Source: Candidatus Nanopusillus sp. (GTDB lineage Archaea > Nanobdellota > Nanobdellia > Nanobdellales > Nanobdellaceae). From it: a stretch of 14,810 bases of DNA. The stretch covers positions 1 through 14,810 of the forward strand of contig JAPYVP010000012.1 of assembly GCA_028276785.1 (NCBI GenBank). The letters run 5' to 3'. This document shows, piece by piece, positions 6,422 to 13,578 of the stretch. The notes below the pieces were generated by a model. That model worked only from the letters and a program-made list of their open reading frames with translations, was not told where the DNA came from and did not search any database. The position numbers and the translations under genes were made by a program. How positions within the stretch are numbered: the stretch's first letter is position 1; each line of letters begins with the position of its first letter.

Positions 6422-7495
6422 ATGGATTTTTCAAATATTGCAAAGGTATTAAAAGATTCAAATGAAGAAATATTAATAGTAGCAGATTCTGATTTGGACG
6501 GAAAAATGTCGTTGGGGTTGATGAAAATAATATTAGAGAAATTAAATAAAAAATATATGGAATATTTTAGGATTACTGGAGAAAATAATTTAGATTTAAT
6601 AAAAATATTAGATGGGATTACATTTAATAAGAAAACAATAAATACAATAATATTTCTAGACACTCCAATGGATGACAAATATTTAATTAATTTTTCTAAG
6701 AGGCATGAAAAGATAAAGATAATATATATAGATCATCATAAAAGAAAGGTTCCAAGATTTTTACCAAATAACTTAGTATATTTTGATGTGAGAGCATTAT
6801 TTAATTTAGAAATATGTACAACAAGTATTGTATATAGAATTGGAAAAACTTTGTTTGGTGAAGAATTTTCAAAATATTCATTATTAGCATCCATTGGGGC
6901 TATAGGAGATTTTATGTTGGAAAATGATAATGAATTATTAAATGATCTATTGAAAAATTACAATGGATTTTATAATGGCAAATACTTTTATGTCCCATAC
7001 ATAATATATTTTTATCTATTTTTAATATCTGACCCATATAAAATATCAAAAAATATTGATAAAGCATTAAATATAGAAGAATTTATAAAAGATTTTGACT
7101 TAAAGAAATTGAAGAATTCGGCAATAAAATACTATGATAGATTAAAAAGTGCTAAAAAAATATATGAATCTGAAAAATTGTTAGTATTTAAAGCAAAGAA
7201 ATCTTCAGTTATATCTACAATTTTATCATCATTTTATCCTGAAAAAATAATATTAGTATTATCTTTAAAAGAAAAATTATTTGGAAGATTATTTAAAGGA
7301 AAATATAGAAGATATAGTATATCTTTAAGGAATCAATCCGGAAAATATGATTTAGGAATATTAATAAGAGAATTTGCAAAAGAATATGGCATAACTGGCG
7401 GTGGACATCCAAAGGCAGCCGGTGGATTAATATATGAAAAAGATATAGAAAATTTAATAAGATTTTTAGAGGAAAAAACAAATGGAAAGACTTAG
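6422..7495 (+). CDS. DHH/DHHA1 phosphoesterase (RecJ-like / NrnA-like nuclease) with all motifs intact
   Basis: 357 aa. Motif I VADSDLDG, motif II IIFLDTP, motif III YIDHHK, motif IV GAIGDF, and DHHA1 GGGHPKAAGG. Confidence 0.8.
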   Translation: MDFSNIAKVLKDSNEEILIVADSDLDGKMSLGLMKIILEKLNKKYMEYFRITGENNLDLIKILDGITFNKKTINTIIFLDTPMDDKYLINFSKRHEKIKIIYIDHHKRKVPRFLPNNLVYFDVRALFNLEICTTSIVYRIGKTLFGEEFSKYSLLASIGAIGDFMLENDNELLNDLLKNYNGFYNGKYFYVPYIIYFYLFLISDPYKISKNIDKALNIEEFIKDFDLKKLKNSAIKYYDRLKSAKKIYESEKLLVFKAKKSSVISTILSSFYPEKIILVLSLKEKLFGRLFKGKYRRYSISLRNQSGKYDLGILIREFAKEYGITGGGHPKAAGGLIYEKDIENLIRFLEEKTNGKT

Positions 7496-7556
7496 ATTTT
7501 ATTTATATGCAATAAAAAGGTTAATTAAGAAGATATTAAGGAAAATTATATAAAAA

Positions 7557-7952
7557 TTATAATCTCCTTCCTCTTTTTCCTCCCTTTCTTCTACAATGAT
7601 CATGAGGAATTGGGGTTACATCTTCTATAACCCCAACCTTTAATCCTGAAGTAATCAATGTTTTAATTGCAAATTGTGCAGATGGTGTAGGAACCCATGG
7701 ACCATTATGTCCACCAGGTGCCCTTACCCTAATATGAACAGCAGTTATGCCTTTTTCTAAAGCTTTTTGAGCAGCCTGTTTTGCAGCTAAAATTGCTGCA
7801 GTTGGAGTGCCTTTTAATCTTTGAGCCAAAACTACCCTACCACCAGAACTAAATGCTATTGTTTCACTACCGGTTATATCTGTAATATGAATTATAGTAT
7901 TATTTTTACTTGAATATATATATGCAATGCCCCATCTCTCCTTTTCAGCCAT
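7557..7952 (-). CDS. rps11: 30S ribosomal protein uS11
   Basis: [25 protein letters not shown]...HIRVRAPGG...[21 protein letters not shown] is the archaeal S11 pattern. The track start at 7967 is a GTG. The ATG at 7952 gives the canonical N-terminus and sits 26.5 nt from a TATA box. Confidence 0.9.
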   Translation of the reverse strand: MAEKERWGIAYIYSSKNNTIIHITDITGSETIAFSSGGRVVLAQRLKGTPTAAILAAKQAAQKALEKGITAVHIRVRAPGGHNGPWVPTPSAQFAIKTLITSGLKVGVIEDVTPIPHDHCRRKGGKRGRRL

Positions 7953-7974
7953 TAAATTTAAAATCACAAATAAT

Positions 7975-7983
7975 CTTATAAAA
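7975..7983. promoter_or_regulatory. Shared near-palindromic TATA element CTTATAAAA between rps11 (-) and tRNA-Met (+)
   Basis: The plus-strand TTATAAAA centre (7979.5) is 26.5 nt from tRNA position +1 (8006). The minus-strand TTTATAAG centre (7978.5) is 26.5 nt from the rps11 ATG (7952). Confidence 0.5.
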
Positions 7984-8005
7984 TTAAAAAGAAGGAATTT
8001 ATTAA

Positions 8006-8106
8006 GCCGCCGTAGCTCAGGGGTTGGAGCGCCTGGCTCATAACCATTAAAATCGATGAGTTTGTGGGAAACCAGGAGGTCCGGGGTTCAAATCCCCGCG
8101 GCGGCA
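8006..8106 (+). tRNA. tRNA-Met: Intron-containing tRNA with anticodon CAU: elongator tRNA-Met, or tRNA-Ile2 if C34 is modified
   Basis: GCCGCCG/CGGCGGC acceptor, GCUC/GAGC D stem, CCUGG...CCAGG anticodon stem, AGGUC variable loop, CGGGG-UUCAAAU-CCCCG T arm, discriminator A. There are 35 nt between the anticodon-stem strands, which is a 7-nt loop plus a 28-nt intron. It is not an initiator: it has G1:C72 and lacks the GGG/CCC anticodon stem. Confidence 0.9.
8043..8070 (+). other. tRNA intron (28 nt) at the canonical 37/38 position
   Basis: Sequence ACCAUUAAAAUCGAUGAGUUUGUGGGAA; boundaries are ambiguous by 1 nt within A runs. A 4-bp central helix CUCA(32-35)/UGGG (one G-U pair) is flanked by 3-nt bulges UAA and AAA, giving bulge-helix-bulge geometry. 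The outer helix is weak. Confidence 0.7.
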
Positions 8107-8131
8107 TTTATAAATAATCCCACAACACATA

Positions 8132-8137
8132 TTTTTT
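8132..8137 (+). terminator. Oligo-T tract (T6), candidate archaeal terminator for tRNA-Met
   Basis: TTTTTT lies 26 nt after the tRNA 3' end. Archaeal RNA polymerase terminates at oligo-T. Confidence 0.4.
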
Positions 8138-8218
8138 AGTTTGTTATAACTACGAATATTTTTGAAGAAGGTGATACTAACTACCAAAATTAAAAATATC
8201 AAATAACAGAATAAATAA

Positions 8219-8890
8219 TTATATTTCAAAGATTAGAGGTTTTCTATGTAATGGAAATGCAACATTATATATTTCAGTATCATTTATCTTTGTTTTATAA
8301 TTTTTTGAATGATGAGCATGTCCATGAAATCCATAAATAATTTTATTAGAATATTTTTTAATTAAATTCTCTATATATTTTGAATATAACGACCATTCTG
8401 GTGCAGGATCTCCAAAAACAGTATCTCTCGATAACCCATAATGAGAAAAAACTATTATTTTCTTATTTAAACTATTAAATATATTTTCCAATTTCTTATA
8501 ATAATATTCTTTTATATTTTCAATATTTACCATTTTCCATGTTCTTTCCGGAAAGCCTTCAAATCCCAATAAATAATATTCTCCCAAATCATAATATTCA
8601 TAATCTAACCAATTAATAAAATTGTATTCTTTTCTATAGAGATCTTTTTCTTTTTCCCCATTTAATAAAAATGATGCTTCATTATTACCAAAAGTTGAAA
8701 ATATCTTTATATTTCCAAATTTTCTATTTAATAAATAATATAGTTTTTTTATATAAATATGTTCTTTATTGTCGATTATATCCCCACATAATATGATAAA
8801 GTCTATTTTTTCATTGATATTATTTAAACTCTCATAAAACTCTTTATAATATGTTGGTAGATGGAGATCTGAAGTTATCAAAAATTTCAT
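8219..8890 (-). CDS. Calcineurin-like metallophosphoesterase
   Basis: 223 aa. Motifs SDLHLP (DxH), CGDIID (GD), GNNE (GNHD/E variant), FSHYG and FHGHAHH (GHxH). Confidence 0.8.
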   Translation of the reverse strand: MKFLITSDLHLPTYYKEFYESLNNINEKIDFIILCGDIIDNKEHIYIKKLYYLLNRKFGNIKIFSTFGNNEASFLLNGEKEKDLYRKEYNFINWLDYEYYDLGEYYLLGFEGFPERTWKMVNIENIKEYYYKKLENIFNSLNKKIIVFSHYGLSRDTVFGDPAPEWSLYSKYIENLIKKYSNKIIYGFHGHAHHSKNYKTKINDTEIYNVAFPLHRKPLIFEI

Positions 8891-8911
8891 TGATAATCTA
8901 TAAAGAAAACT

Positions 8912-8919
8912 TTTATATA
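8912..8919. promoter_or_regulatory. TATA box TTTATATA midway between divergent starts 8890 (-) and 8939 (+)
   Basis: Centre 8915.5 is 25.5 nt from the ATG at 8890 and 23.5 nt from the ATG at 8939. The whole intergenic spacer is 48 nt. Confidence 0.4.
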
Positions 8920-8938
8920 TTTAATATAACTATTCATA

Positions 8939-9247
8939 ATGGAAATATCTATAGAATTATTAAGGCCAGTAAATCCCACAGGTAGGAGTTTTATTACAAA
9001 TGTATATGGGGCAATAGCAGCAAATAATAGGGAGATAATAGATAAATATAAGAAAGATATAACAAAATTGATACAAAGGCTTGGATTTAAAATAGAAGAA
9101 TCGATCGGAACCGGAAAATTAATAACAGGTACAATTGTAATTGTATTAGATGATAGTACTAAAGAACCAAAGAAGATGTATACAAAAGATATTAAGATCT
9201 GGAATATTGAAAGAGAATATAATGAAAAAATAGAAGTAAGTTTATAA
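8939..9247 (+). CDS. Hypothetical small protein (102 aa)
   Basis: Non-overlapping ORF with coding-like composition, first in a co-directional tightly packed block. I recognise no family securely. Confidence 0.5.
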   Translation: MEISIELLRPVNPTGRSFITNVYGAIAANNREIIDKYKKDITKLIQRLGFKIEESIGTGKLITGTIVIVLDDSTKEPKKMYTKDIKIWNIEREYNEKIEVSL

Positions 9248-9271
9248 ATTCCAATAGTTTTTTATTTTTTT

Positions 9272-9574
9272 ATGGATCCTGAAAAAGATGCAATAGATCA
9301 TGATAAGAAATTAAATGAAGAAGAATTAAAAATAATTAAGGATATTAAAAGACATATTAATAGATTAAAAGATAGTATTAATGAATTAGAAACATTGGTA
9401 GAAGAACTAGAAGAATTTAATAGTAAAGAAATGAGAAGACCTTTATTAAGAGAGGATGAGTATAAGATATTTATCAAAATATTGGATATACAAAAAATTT
9501 TACATAATAGTATTATATTAATTACCCAAGATATTTTAAGATACAAAATACTATTAAACCAAGAAGTATTTTAA
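9272..9574 (+). CDS. Hypothetical coiled-coil protein (100 aa)
   Basis: Heptad-like charged N-terminal two-thirds (EELKIIKDIKRHINRLKDSINELETLVEELEEF). Its stop directly abuts the next start (TAAATG). Confidence 0.5.
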   Translation: MDPEKDAIDHDKKLNEEELKIIKDIKRHINRLKDSINELETLVEELEEFNSKEMRRPLLREDEYKIFIKILDIQKILHNSIILITQDILRYKILLNQEVF

Positions 9575-10210
9575 ATGATAATTTCTTTAGATTACGACGG
9601 AACACTCGTAGATAGCTATACAATTATACCCTTAATTTATGAAAAGATAAGAGAAGAATTGAATTTATATGAGGGATTTACTGAAGCAATGCTTGCGGTA
9701 GAAGATCTTGGAGATTATTTTGGAATTTTTGAAAGGGGAAAATGGATAAGATTCTTAATAAAAGATAATCCTGATGAAATAATAGAATATTATTGGAAAA
9801 TCAGGACTGAAAATCAGATAATATTACCAGGAACTATGAAGTTCTTAGAAAAATATAAAAATAAAGATTTATACTTGGTAACATCTAAAGATGATACAAG
9901 AGATATTAAAGTAAAAAGAATTAAGAAAACCAATTTAGATAAATATTTTAAAGATATACTTATATATGGAACTGAGGAATTTAAAACAATTATTGATGTA
10001 TTTGAATACTTAATAGATATAGATGATGATATAGTATATATAGATGATAAAAATACAAATTTATATCAAATAAAAAATAAATTAAATATAAAATTATTTA
10101 AAAGAGCATATTATCCACCATATCCATTAAAACTGGCATGGTATTATCCAGAAATAGATGTTCCAAAGATAATAAATATTTTTGAAATTGAAAAATATAT
10201 TAAATTATGA
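9575..10210 (+). CDS. HAD-superfamily hydrolase
   Basis: Motif I is IISLDYDGTLVDS (DxDGT). Motif II is the Ser/Thr in LYLVTSKDD. Motif IV is the acidic VYIDDKNTN. Its end overlaps the ABC ATPase start (ATGA). Confidence 0.7.
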   Translation: MIISLDYDGTLVDSYTIIPLIYEKIREELNLYEGFTEAMLAVEDLGDYFGIFERGKWIRFLIKDNPDEIIEYYWKIRTENQIILPGTMKFLEKYKNKDLYLVTSKDDTRDIKVKRIKKTNLDKYFKDILIYGTEEFKTIIDVFEYLIDIDDDIVYIDDKNTNLYQIKNKLNIKLFKRAYYPPYPLKLAWYYPEIDVPKIINIFEIEKYIKL

Positions 10211-10905
10211 TAGTTAAATTAGAAAATATAGAAAAAGTATATTATGTTGGAGGATATCCTATAAAAGCATTAGACAATATAAGTTTAAAAATTAAAGAGG
10301 GAGAATTTTTATCAATAGTTGGACCATCTGGATCTGGAAAATCTACATTACTGGCAATAATGGGATGTTTGGATAGACCAACAAAAGGAAAAGTATATCT
10401 ATTTGGTAAGGATATATCAAAATTAAATGATAATCAATTATCAGAATTTAGAAAAAAATATATAGGATTTATATTTCAACAATATTATCTATTTAGTTAT
10501 CTAAATGCATTGGAAAATGTACAAATTAGCTTAAGAATTTCTGGAAATAGTAATCTTGAAAAGGCAAAAGAATTATTGAATAAAGTCGGATTGGGAGATA
10601 GATTATATAATTATCCAAATCAATTATCTGGGGGGCAACAACAAAGGGTAGTCATTGCTAGAGCATTGGCAAAAGATCCTAAATTAATTTTAGCAGATGA
10701 ACCCACTGCAAATATTGATGAAAAATCGGCAAATGAAGTATTAGATATATTAAAAAAATTAAATGAAGATGAAAATAGAACTATTATAATAGTAACACAT
10801 GATTTAAGAGTAGCAGAAAAAACTAATAGGATAGTAGTAATAAGAAATGGAAAAATATTAAGTGATGATGCTACAATTGATGAAACAATAGAACTATTAA
10901 AATAA
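10207..10905 (+). CDS. ABC transporter ATP-binding protein, MacB/LolD/FtsE-like
   Basis: Walker A GPSGSGKST, Q-loop FIFQQY, signature LSGGQQQRVVIARAL, Walker B LILADEPT, H-loop VTHD. Confidence 0.9.
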   Translation: MIVKLENIEKVYYVGGYPIKALDNISLKIKEGEFLSIVGPSGSGKSTLLAIMGCLDRPTKGKVYLFGKDISKLNDNQLSEFRKKYIGFIFQQYYLFSYLNALENVQISLRISGNSNLEKAKELLNKVGLGDRLYNYPNQLSGGQQQRVVIARALAKDPKLILADEPTANIDEKSANEVLDILKKLNEDENRTIIIVTHDLRVAEKTNRIVVIRNGKILSDDATIDETIELLK

Positions 10906-10906
10906 T

Positions 10907-10914
10907 TTATAAAT
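10907..10914 (+). promoter_or_regulatory. Palindromic TATA box TTTATAAA upstream of the surface-protein gene
   Basis: Centre 10910.5 is 26.5 nt from the ATG at 10937. Confidence 0.4.
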
Positions 10915-10936
10915 ATTTTTTAAATATAATAATCCT

Positions 10937-12370
10937 ATGAAAAAATTTATCTATATATTTTTATTAATTCTTTTATTTTTTAGTATAAAATCCTTACAAA
11001 TAAACATTACAAAAATATCCCCAACGATAGTAAAAACTAATAGCAATATAAATTTGGGGGTTTGTATAATAAATAATGGATTATCTCAAGCAAGTATGAT
11101 TAATTTAAATATATATTATCCCAATTGTATATATTCAAATCAATCCTCAATTTATATCCCATATTTAAATCCAGGAGATTCTTATTGTACTTCATTAAAT
11201 TTATATGAAAATTGTAATCCTGGAAGTTATATTATAATAATAAACGGAACTTATTCGAACAATAATGGAGTTAGTGAAATTTCACAAATATATCCAATAA
11301 TTGTTGAAAATCTTCCATATATAACAATCAGTAGTTATCATTATTCAAATAATTATTATGGAAGTATTGCAAATTTAATATTAAATATAACAAATTATGG
11401 TGGAGAAATATATAATGTATTAATTAGATCAAATTTTTCTGCATGTTCATTAGAACCTTCTTCAATATATTTAGATAATTTATCAAGTTCTACATTAATT
11501 AATTTCCAATTATTGATTCCATCAAATTATGCAAATAATTATTGTACAATACCTTTATTTATAATTTATCAAGACTCATTGGGAAATATTAATAATTATA
11601 CAACATTCATTAATGTACCAATTTTACCATCAAATAATAGATTAGAAGTTTTATATGATATTGAATATCTAAATATTGGAGAAAATATAATTAATTTAAC
11701 ATTATATAATCCTACAAATTCAAATATATCGGATATCTCATTAACATTTACCTCTAAGAATATTTCAATTGTAAATAATAATATTTATATTAGCAATATA
11801 CTACCAGGACAGAAAATAAATATTCCAATAAAGGTGATTGTAAATAACAATCTATATGGAACTATAATTATTCCTTTTAATATTCAATATTATTCAAATT
11901 CAGTATTATATAATTTAAGCGGATATGTTGTTGAAAATATAAATGCATATCCAAACATAACTTTATCAGGATTATATAGTTCTAAAACATTAACATTTAA
12001 TGTATTCAATTATGGAAATGCACCAGCATATAATATGTATATAAATGTATACAGTTCTGATAAATGCACAATTTCCCCAAATCAAGGATATATTGGAGAA
12101 TTGGATCCTGGAAATTCAAATGCTGTTATATTTACACTAAATAATAATTGTTACCCAAATACAACCATATATATACAAATATATTATACTGATATTTTTG
12201 GAAATAGATACTCGATGTTTTATAATACCTCTCTAGAAGATTTAGGATACAATATTTATTATAACAGATCTTCTGAAAATAATTTAATTAGTATAATAGC
12301 ACTAATTTTAATCTTTACAGGTATAATATATTACATAATGAAAAAGAAAAAGAAAAATGAAAATCAATGA
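10937..12370 (+). CDS. Secreted, C-terminally anchored surface protein with four tandem CARDB/COG1361-like beta-sandwich repeats
   Basis: 477 aa. Sec-type signal peptide MKKFIYIFLLILLFFSIKSLQ. Four ~100-aa segments share a pattern (N.G..., L.PG.S..., I.I.Y.D..GN). A C-terminal TM helix (LISIIALILIFTGIIYYIM) is followed by a KKKKKNENQ tail. Confidence 0.6.
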   Translation: MKKFIYIFLLILLFFSIKSLQINITKISPTIVKTNSNINLGVCIINNGLSQASMINLNIYYPNCIYSNQSSIYIPYLNPGDSYCTSLNLYENCNPGSYIIIINGTYSNNNGVSEISQIYPIIVENLPYITISSYHYSNNYYGSIANLILNITNYGGEIYNVLIRSNFSACSLEPSSIYLDNLSSSTLINFQLLIPSNYANNYCTIPLFIIYQDSLGNINNYTTFINVPILPSNNRLEVLYDIEYLNIGENIINLTLYNPTNSNISDISLTFTSKNISIVNNNIYISNILPGQKINIPIKVIVNNNLYGTIIIPFNIQYYSNSVLYNLSGYVVENINAYPNITLSGLYSSKTLTFNVFNYGNAPAYNMYINVYSSDKCTISPNQGYIGELDPGNSNAVIFTLNNNCYPNTTIYIQIYYTDIFGNRYSMFYNTSLEDLGYNIYYNRSSENNLISIIALILIFTGIIYYIMKKKKKNENQ

Positions 12371-13535
12371 TTATTTATTTCTAATATTTAAATATTTAAA
12401 GACTAAAAAGCTGAGAACTTTTTTAACATCATTAGGAATTACAATTGGTATAGCCACTATATTTACATTAATTGCATTATCTCAAGGTTTACAATATTAT
12501 GTTCAAAATGAACTAGATAAATTTGGGGGTAAAGTAATATTTATTTATCCTGGTGCAAGAGTTGGATTTTTTAATACTATTTCTGGATATTTTACAAACA
12601 ATTTTATTCAAAATATTCAAACACTACCAGGGGTAGAAAAGGTTATAAAAGCGCACCTAACTTCTACAGTAATCAATTATAATAATTATCAAATACCGGC
12701 TAATGTATTGGTTATCAATACAAAAGATGTAAACTATTTAAGATATGTGAATTATGATATTTCTGAAGGAACCTTTATAACAAACAATAATAACTGTCAG
12801 GTTAATTTAGGATATCAAATTGCAAATTCTCCATCATTAAATAATCAGAAAATACATGTTGGGGATTATATAAATATATTTGGACAAAGATGTCAGGTAG
12901 TAGGAATATTTAAACAAACAGGGGGACAAATAGATTATATTATTTTATTTCCAGAAGGTGTATATGAAAGATTGTTTGGAAATATAAATTATAACTATTT
13001 GATTGTACTTGTTTATGATTTTAATATGGCATATAACTCCATAAATAATTATATAAATTCACTAAAAGGCCAAACATACACCATAGTAACTGCACAATCC
13101 ATTAAACAAATTATAGATCGAATCATCGGTGCAATATCTTTATTTTCACTAATAATTGCATCAATATCCATATTGATTTCAGCAATAAATATTGTAAATA
13201 CAATGTATACATCAGTTTTAGAAAGATATAAGGAAATTGGGTTATTAAAAGCTTTAGGAATGAAAAATTCAGAAGTATTAATTTTATTTTTATTAGAATC
13301 TGGATTTATTGGATTATTGGGAGGTATTCTAGGAATAATATTTGGATTTTTTACATCATACATAGCTTCTATGATATTATCATTCTATGGATTTGTTGAA
13401 TTCCAACCATATATTACCGTACAATTAATAGTCCTTTCCCTATTACTTCCTTTCTTCATAGGTATTCTATCTGGAACATTGCCTGCAATAAAAGCTTCTA
13501 GAATTGATCCAATGGTTGCATTAAAATATGAATGA
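12357..13535 (+). CDS. ABC transporter permease, FtsX/MacB type
   Basis: 392 aa. The N-terminus LRTFLTSLGITIGIATIF is typical of the family. A ~210-aa extracytoplasmic domain lies between TM1 and TM2, followed by three C-terminal TM helices and the terminal motif PAIKASRIDPMVALKYE. Its start overlaps the upstream gene by 14 nt. Confidence 0.85.
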   Translation: MKINDYLFLIFKYLKTKKLRTFLTSLGITIGIATIFTLIALSQGLQYYVQNELDKFGGKVIFIYPGARVGFFNTISGYFTNNFIQNIQTLPGVEKVIKAHLTSTVINYNNYQIPANVLVINTKDVNYLRYVNYDISEGTFITNNNNCQVNLGYQIANSPSLNNQKIHVGDYINIFGQRCQVVGIFKQTGGQIDYIILFPEGVYERLFGNINYNYLIVLVYDFNMAYNSINNYINSLKGQTYTIVTAQSIKQIIDRIIGAISLFSLIIASISILISAINIVNTMYTSVLERYKEIGLLKALGMKNSEVLILFLLESGFIGLLGGILGIIFGFFTSYIASMILSFYGFVEFQPYITVQLIVLSLLLPFFIGILSGTLPAIKASRIDPMVALKYE

Positions 13536-13549
13536 TCTTTAATAAAATC

Positions 13550-13557
13550 TTTATAAA
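13550..13557 (+). promoter_or_regulatory. Palindromic TATA box TTTATAAA upstream of the DUF2341 gene
   Basis: Centre 13553.5 is 25.5 nt from the ATG at 13579. Confidence 0.4.
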
Positions 13558-13578
13558 TCTATAAAAAACAACTATATT

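Noticed and set aside
7201-7235. A C/D-like pattern on the minus strand inside the DHH gene: AUGAUGA, 17 nt, then CUGA.
   Set aside because: The spacer is 17 nt rather than ~12. There is no C'/D' pair. It lies antisense within a well-supported CDS, so chance is the likelier explanation. Other isolated UGAUGA hits (for example 3680, 10021, 10862) have no correctly spaced CUGA.
8939-9247. A possible divergent ribosomal protein S24e: start MEISIE, an NP..GR segment, ~100 aa.
   Set aside because: The resemblance is limited to a few N-terminal positions. The usual S27ae neighbour is absent and the C-terminal half does not fit my recollection of the family. This is not supportable without an HMM search.
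10937-12370. A very high density of N-x-S/T sequons, which could signal heavy N-glycosylation.
   Set aside because: The proteome encoded here is Asn/Ser/Thr/Ile-rich because of AT bias, and cytoplasmic proteins in the window also carry many sequons. Enrichment cannot be claimed without statistics.
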